9,831 nucleotides of DNA from Vulcanimicrobiota bacterium (GTDB taxonomy: Bacteria; Vulcanimicrobiota; Vulcanimicrobiia; Vulcanimicrobiales; Vulcanimicrobiaceae), in assembly GCA_003133025.1 (NCBI GenBank), contig PKZK01000008.1, positions 1 through 9,831 on the forward strand. Reading direction: 5' to 3'. Below are positions 6,474 through 9,831 of this stretch, piece by piece (positions within the stretch are counted from its first letter, which is position 1; the number at the start of each line of letters is the position of its first letter). A program made the position numbers and the translations under genes. The notes beneath the pieces are model-generated. The model had not been told where the DNA came from. It worked only from the letters and a program-made list of their open reading frames with translations, and did no database searches.

Positions 6474-7157
6474 ATGGCGAACGATAAGCCGTTCGAGGCG
6501 ACGCCGCAACGGCTCGAGCGCGCGCGGCGCGACGGCGACCTGCCGCGTGCCGGCGAGTTCGTCGCGCTCGGCGCTTTCGCGGGCGGTGGCCTCGGCTGTG
6601 CGCTCGCGGCCGCTCCCCTCGCGGCCCTCGCGCGACTGGGCATCGTGGCTGCGGCGCACGGCGGCGTCCCCGCCTGGTTCGGTTGGGCGTGCGCGTTGTC
6701 GCTGCTGCCCGCACTGGGGGCTGCGGCGGGCGGCGTGCTGGCCTTCGTCGCGGTGCAGGGCCGCATCGGCGTACGTAGGCTCACGTTCGATGCGTCGCGA
6801 CTGGCGCCGCAGGCGGGGCTGCAGCGCATGTTTTCGCGCGATACGGCGCTGGGCATCGGGCGCGCTGCCGTCGCGGGCGTGGCACTCGCCGCGGCGTTCG
6901 TGCCGCTCCTGCTCGATGCACTCGATCTCGTGCGCGGGCCGGCCACGCCCGAGCGTCTAGCCGCGAGCATGCTCTCGGCCGCCACGCGCATCGTGCTGAC
7001 GGCGCTCATCGCGGGCGCACTGCTGGGCACGCTCGACCTCGTGTGGGCGCGCGCGTCGTGGCGGCGCCGCCTGCGCTTGAACCATGCGGAGATGAAAGCG
7101 GAACTGCGCAGCAGCGAAGGCGATCCGCTGCTGCGCGGGCGGCGGCGGCGCGCGCAC
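6474..7157 (+). CDS. flhB: FlhB/SctU export switch protein, N-terminal membrane part only; truncated at the junction
   Basis: DKPFEATPQRLERARRDGDLPRAGEF, hydrophobic segments, RLAPQAGLQRMFS and LRLNHAEMKAELRSSEGDPLLRGRRR are recognisable. Homology stops before the NPTH autocleavage domain, and the frame runs on through unrelated sequence to TAG 7268. Confidence 0.88.
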
Positions 7158-8139
7158 GGCGGCCAGCGAGCTGCAGCAGCTGGCCGAGAGCCTCGATGCA
7201 CCCGTGGTCATGACCGTCAACGCACGCGGCCTGTTGCCGCCGCAGCATCCACTCGCGGTGTCCTGTAGCCCATCGCTGGGGCCAGTGCGCGCGATGATTG
7301 CCGCCGCGGACGTCGTGCTTGCGGTCGGCACTGAACTCGGGCCCACCGACTACGACCTGTATTCCACCGACGATTTTCCGCCGCTGGCGCAGCTGATCCG
7401 CATCGATGTGGAGGCACAGCAGCTCGAGCGTAATGCGCACGCCGCGCTGGCGTTGCGTGGACACGCGCGCGAGACCCTGCGCGCGCTACTGGCGGCTTGC
7501 GACGCCGCGACCGCGCGCTCGAGCGGACCGGTGCGTGCCGGTGCTGGCGTTGCGCACACGGCTCGCAGCGAGGCGCTCGCGCTGCTGAGCGCGCCCATGC
7601 GCCGGCAGATCGCGGTCCTGGAATGCATACGCGAGCAGCTTCCCGACGCGATCCTGGTCGGGGATTCGACGCAGCCGGTCTACGCCGGCAACCTGGGCTT
7701 CGCCGCCGCCACACCGGGCTCATGGTTCAACAGCGCCACCGGCTATGGCACACTGGGCTATGCGCTGCCCGCCTCGAACGGCGCCGGATTGGGCGCGCCG
7801 GCGCGCCCGGTCGTGTGCCTCGTGGGCGACGGCGGCTTCCAGTTCTCGCTGCCAGAGCTCGCGGTAGCACGCGACATTGACGCCTGGACCGCCATCGTGC
7901 TCTGGAACAACCATGGCTACGGCGAGATCAAATCCTCCATGCTGGCGGTGGGCATCGAACCCGAAGGCGTGGACGTGCGGCCGCCGGAATTCCCGGCCAT
8001 CGCCCGCGCCTACGGCTGCGCGTATCGCCTGATCGACAGCATGGAGGGGCTCGAGCGTGCGCTGGTGGATTTCGCCGCGCACCGCCAGGTGCTCATGCTC
8101 GAGGTGCGGGCCGAGTCCTTTGACCAGGCCAGCCGCTGA
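7141..8139 (+). CDS. Thiamine diphosphate-dependent enzyme, 5-guanidino-2-oxopentanoate decarboxylase (AruI)-like; lacks the N-terminal domain
   Basis: The frame reads GGGARTAASELQQLAESLDAPVVMTVNARG (central domain) from 7141, then ADVVLAVGTELGPTDYD, GYGTLGYALPA and the TPP motif GDGG...LWNNHGYGEI. An in-frame stop at 7093-7095 shows the N-terminal part is absent. The substrate assignment is by resemblance only. Confidence 0.8.
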   Translation, partial: GGGARTAASELQQLAESLDAPVVMTVNARGLLPPQHPLAVSCSPSLGPVRAMIAAADVVLAVGTELGPTDYDLYSTDDFPPLAQLIRIDVEAQQLERNAHAALALRGHARETLRALLAACDAATARSSGPVRAGAGVAHTARSEALALLSAPMRRQIAVLECIREQLPDAILVGDSTQPVYAGNLGFAAATPGSWFNSATGYGTLGYALPASNGAGLGAPARPVVCLVGDGGFQFSLPELAVARDIDAWTAIVLWNNHGYGEIKSSMLAVGIEPEGVDVRPPEFPAIARAYGCAYRLIDSMEGLERALVDFAAHRQVLMLEVRAESFDQASR

Positions 8140-9351
8140 CTAGGGAAGCTGCGCGGCGAGATCCCAGCGCAGGGGCGCGATCCGCGGCAGAATCCACAGC
8201 CAACCCACCAGTCCCAGCACGTTGACGGAAGCTGCAAGCACGAATGCACTGTTGAAGCTCCCGGTCGCATCGACCAGCAGGCCGGTGATGACCGGCGCGA
8301 GGATGCCGGCGACGTTGGCGCAGGTGTTCTGAACTCCAACCCAGCGCCCGGCAGCGGTCGGACCCGCCATGATCTGCGGGATCGCGAACACACCGGGCGA
8401 GGACAGTCCGACCACGACCTGATAGGCGAACAGGCACCCCACCGAACCCGCAACCGGCAGCAGAACCATGCCGGCCATGGCTGCGATCGATGCCACGTGC
8501 GCCAGCACCATCGTCGATTTGTAGGCGACGCTGGCCGAACGTCCCGATCGGATCCAGACATCGGTTGCCCAGCCGCTGAACAATGCGGCGGCGGCATTGA
8601 TCAGGTAGGCAAATCCAGCCACGCCGGCCATCGAATGCATCGAGAAGCCCCGTACCTTGACCAGGTACAGGGGCAGCCAGGCGAGAATGAAGTAATAGTT
8701 GTAGTTGGAGGCGAAGTGCCCCAGCGCCGTGCCCCACAGTCCACGCGCGCGCAGAATCTGCGGGAAGGTCGGCCCGTCGGCAGCGGAGCCTTTGATACGC
8801 ACCGCCGGCCCTGCAAGCCGCAGTCGCATCCAGGGCCACAACCACAGCAGCGATAGCGCCCCGAACAGCATGAACACCGCTCGCCAGCCGAGCTGGCTCA
8901 TCAGGATACCGCCCAGAACCGTTCCCACTGCCGGGCCCAGCAGATAGCCGAAGGCCATCATGCCGTTGGCGCTGCCGATCTGCGCCGGCGCCACGGCTAC
9001 CGCAACCAGCTTCGAGCTGCACGGGAAGCCTGCGCTCTCGCCGAGACCCAGCATCAGGCGCAGCAGCAACAGCGACAGGAAGCCAGCGGCCAGTCCAGTC
9101 AGCAAGGTCGCCACGGCCCACAGCGCCACACCGGCGGCGAGTACGCGCTGTGCCCCTATCCGCTCCGCGAGCCAACCCACCGGCGCCATCGCCGGCACGT
9201 AGCTGTAGTAGAACGCGGACAGCAGCACGCCCAGCTGTGTCGCCGACAGGTGCAATTGGTCCTGAATCAGCGGCGCGGCAGTCGACAGATTGCCGCGATC
9301 CACGTAGTTGATGAACAGTACGAGGGCCAGCAGGAACACCACCGGCAGCAC
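8140..9351 (-). CDS. MFS transporter (ACS-like, sugar-acid/organic anion type)
   Basis: INYVDRGNLSTAAP, GWLAERIGAQR (motif A-like), RLMLGLGES and WLPLYLVKVRG are present along with many hydrophobic segments. The start is uncertain (GTG 9351, or up to 9393). The ORF-track start at 9735 overlaps the aldolase gene. Confidence 0.9.
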   Translation of the reverse strand: MLPVVFLLALVLFINYVDRGNLSTAAPLIQDQLHLSATQLGVLLSAFYYSYVPAMAPVGWLAERIGAQRVLAAGVALWAVATLLTGLAAGFLSLLLLRLMLGLGESAGFPCSSKLVAVAVAPAQIGSANGMMAFGYLLGPAVGTVLGGILMSQLGWRAVFMLFGALSLLWLWPWMRLRLAGPAVRIKGSAADGPTFPQILRARGLWGTALGHFASNYNYYFILAWLPLYLVKVRGFSMHSMAGVAGFAYLINAAAALFSGWATDVWIRSGRSASVAYKSTMVLAHVASIAAMAGMVLLPVAGSVGCLFAYQVVVGLSSPGVFAIPQIMAGPTAAGRWVGVQNTCANVAGILAPVITGLLVDATGSFNSAFVLAASVNVLGLVGWLWILPRIAPLRWDLAAQLP

Positions 9352-9389
9352 CGCGCGCCTGGGCAGCGCCGACTCTGACTCGACCGCGA

Positions 9390-9831
9390 TCAGTGCGTGT
9401 AATCCGGTGCAGTACGATCGAGCAGGCGCTTCAATGCCTCGAAATGCAGTTGAGCGCGATCCCGTCCGCCAACCTGACTGCCGAGTTGAAACTGCGCCGC
9501 CGTGGTCTTCACCACCGCATCCGGCACACGGCGCAGCGATCGCCCCGTCGACAGCGCAAGGACCTGCGCCTGCGCGGCGCGCTCTAGGAAGTACAGTCGC
9601 TCGAAAGCTTGGGCGGCCGTCTCGCCAATCGCCAGCACGCCGTGGTTCTGCATCATGAGCACCGATTTCGAACCCAGCGCACGCGCCAGGCGCTCGCCCT
9701 CGGTGGCGTCGAAGGCGAGGCCGTTGTAATCGCACTCGTAGGCGATGTCCTCGTAAAAGCCGATCGCGCTCTGGCCCGCCATTTCCAGGCGCGGATCCTC
9801 CAGCATGGAGAGGGCCGTGGCGTAGGGCATG
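9390..9831 (-). CDS. Class II aldolase/adducin family protein; 5' end lies outside the window
   Basis: MPYATALS (the segment that follows HxH in this family), EGERLARALG, LMMQNHGVL and AFERLYFLERAAQAQVLA are present. The stop is at 9392-9390. Confidence 0.88.
   Translation of the reverse strand, partial: MPYATALSMLEDPRLEMAGQSAIGFYEDIAYECDYNGLAFDATEGERLARALGSKSVLMMQNHGVLAIGETAAQAFERLYFLERAAQAQVLALSTGRSLRRVPDAVVKTTAAQFQLGSQVGGRDRAQLHFEALKRLLDRTAPDYTH

Noticed and set aside
5459..7201. Long antisense or alternative-frame ORFs (for example 5459-7201, 5370-6659, 4074-5249, 1430-2659, 8093-9175)
   Set aside because: These are shadow ORFs expected in very GC-rich coding DNA. They are Arg/Ala/Pro-rich, lack motifs and overlap well-supported genes. 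Only the last 46 codons of 5370-6659 were retained.
6474..7268. A naturally split FlhB with a separate cytoplasmic domain gene
   Set aside because: The truncation coincides exactly with the junction to a headless unrelated gene, so it says nothing about native FlhB architecture.
6474..8139. A FlhB-TPP enzyme fusion protein or programmed frameshift
   Set aside because: The two parts are in different frames and each lacks an essential domain. There is no slippery heptamer, and the shared microhomology explains the join more simply.
1..9831. CRISPR array, tRNA/rRNA, IS element or prophage
   Set aside because: No regularly spaced long repeats, RNA gene signatures, transposase or integrase motifs, or terminal inverted repeats were seen. 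The window is almost entirely protein coding.

Overview
This GC-rich window appears to contain two unrelated blocks joined at about 7135-7160. The left block (1-~7157) starts with the 3' part of a tandem two-domain aspartic protease gene. It continues with a compact, tightly coupled and strongly divergent flagellar-type type III export cluster: FliK-like, FlgF/G-like, FliM-like, fliN and fliP, then metF and a 46-aa antisense membrane peptide gene, then fliQ, fliR and the N-terminal two-thirds of flhB. Both halves of the cluster are preceded by the same promoter-like architecture: GnnAC repeats at 11-bp period, n10, TAnnnT, n6, start codon. fliP and fliR each lose a conserved internal segment at an NN assembly gap. 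The right block (~7141-9831) holds a 5'-truncated thiamine-diphosphate enzyme (AruI-like), a convergent MFS transporter and a 5'-truncated class II aldolase/adducin gene. flhB and the TPP gene are fused out of frame across a GGC-rich microhomology, most likely an assembly chimera. No RNA genes, CRISPR arrays or mobile elements were seen. All family assignments come from motif recognition by eye, not from database searches.
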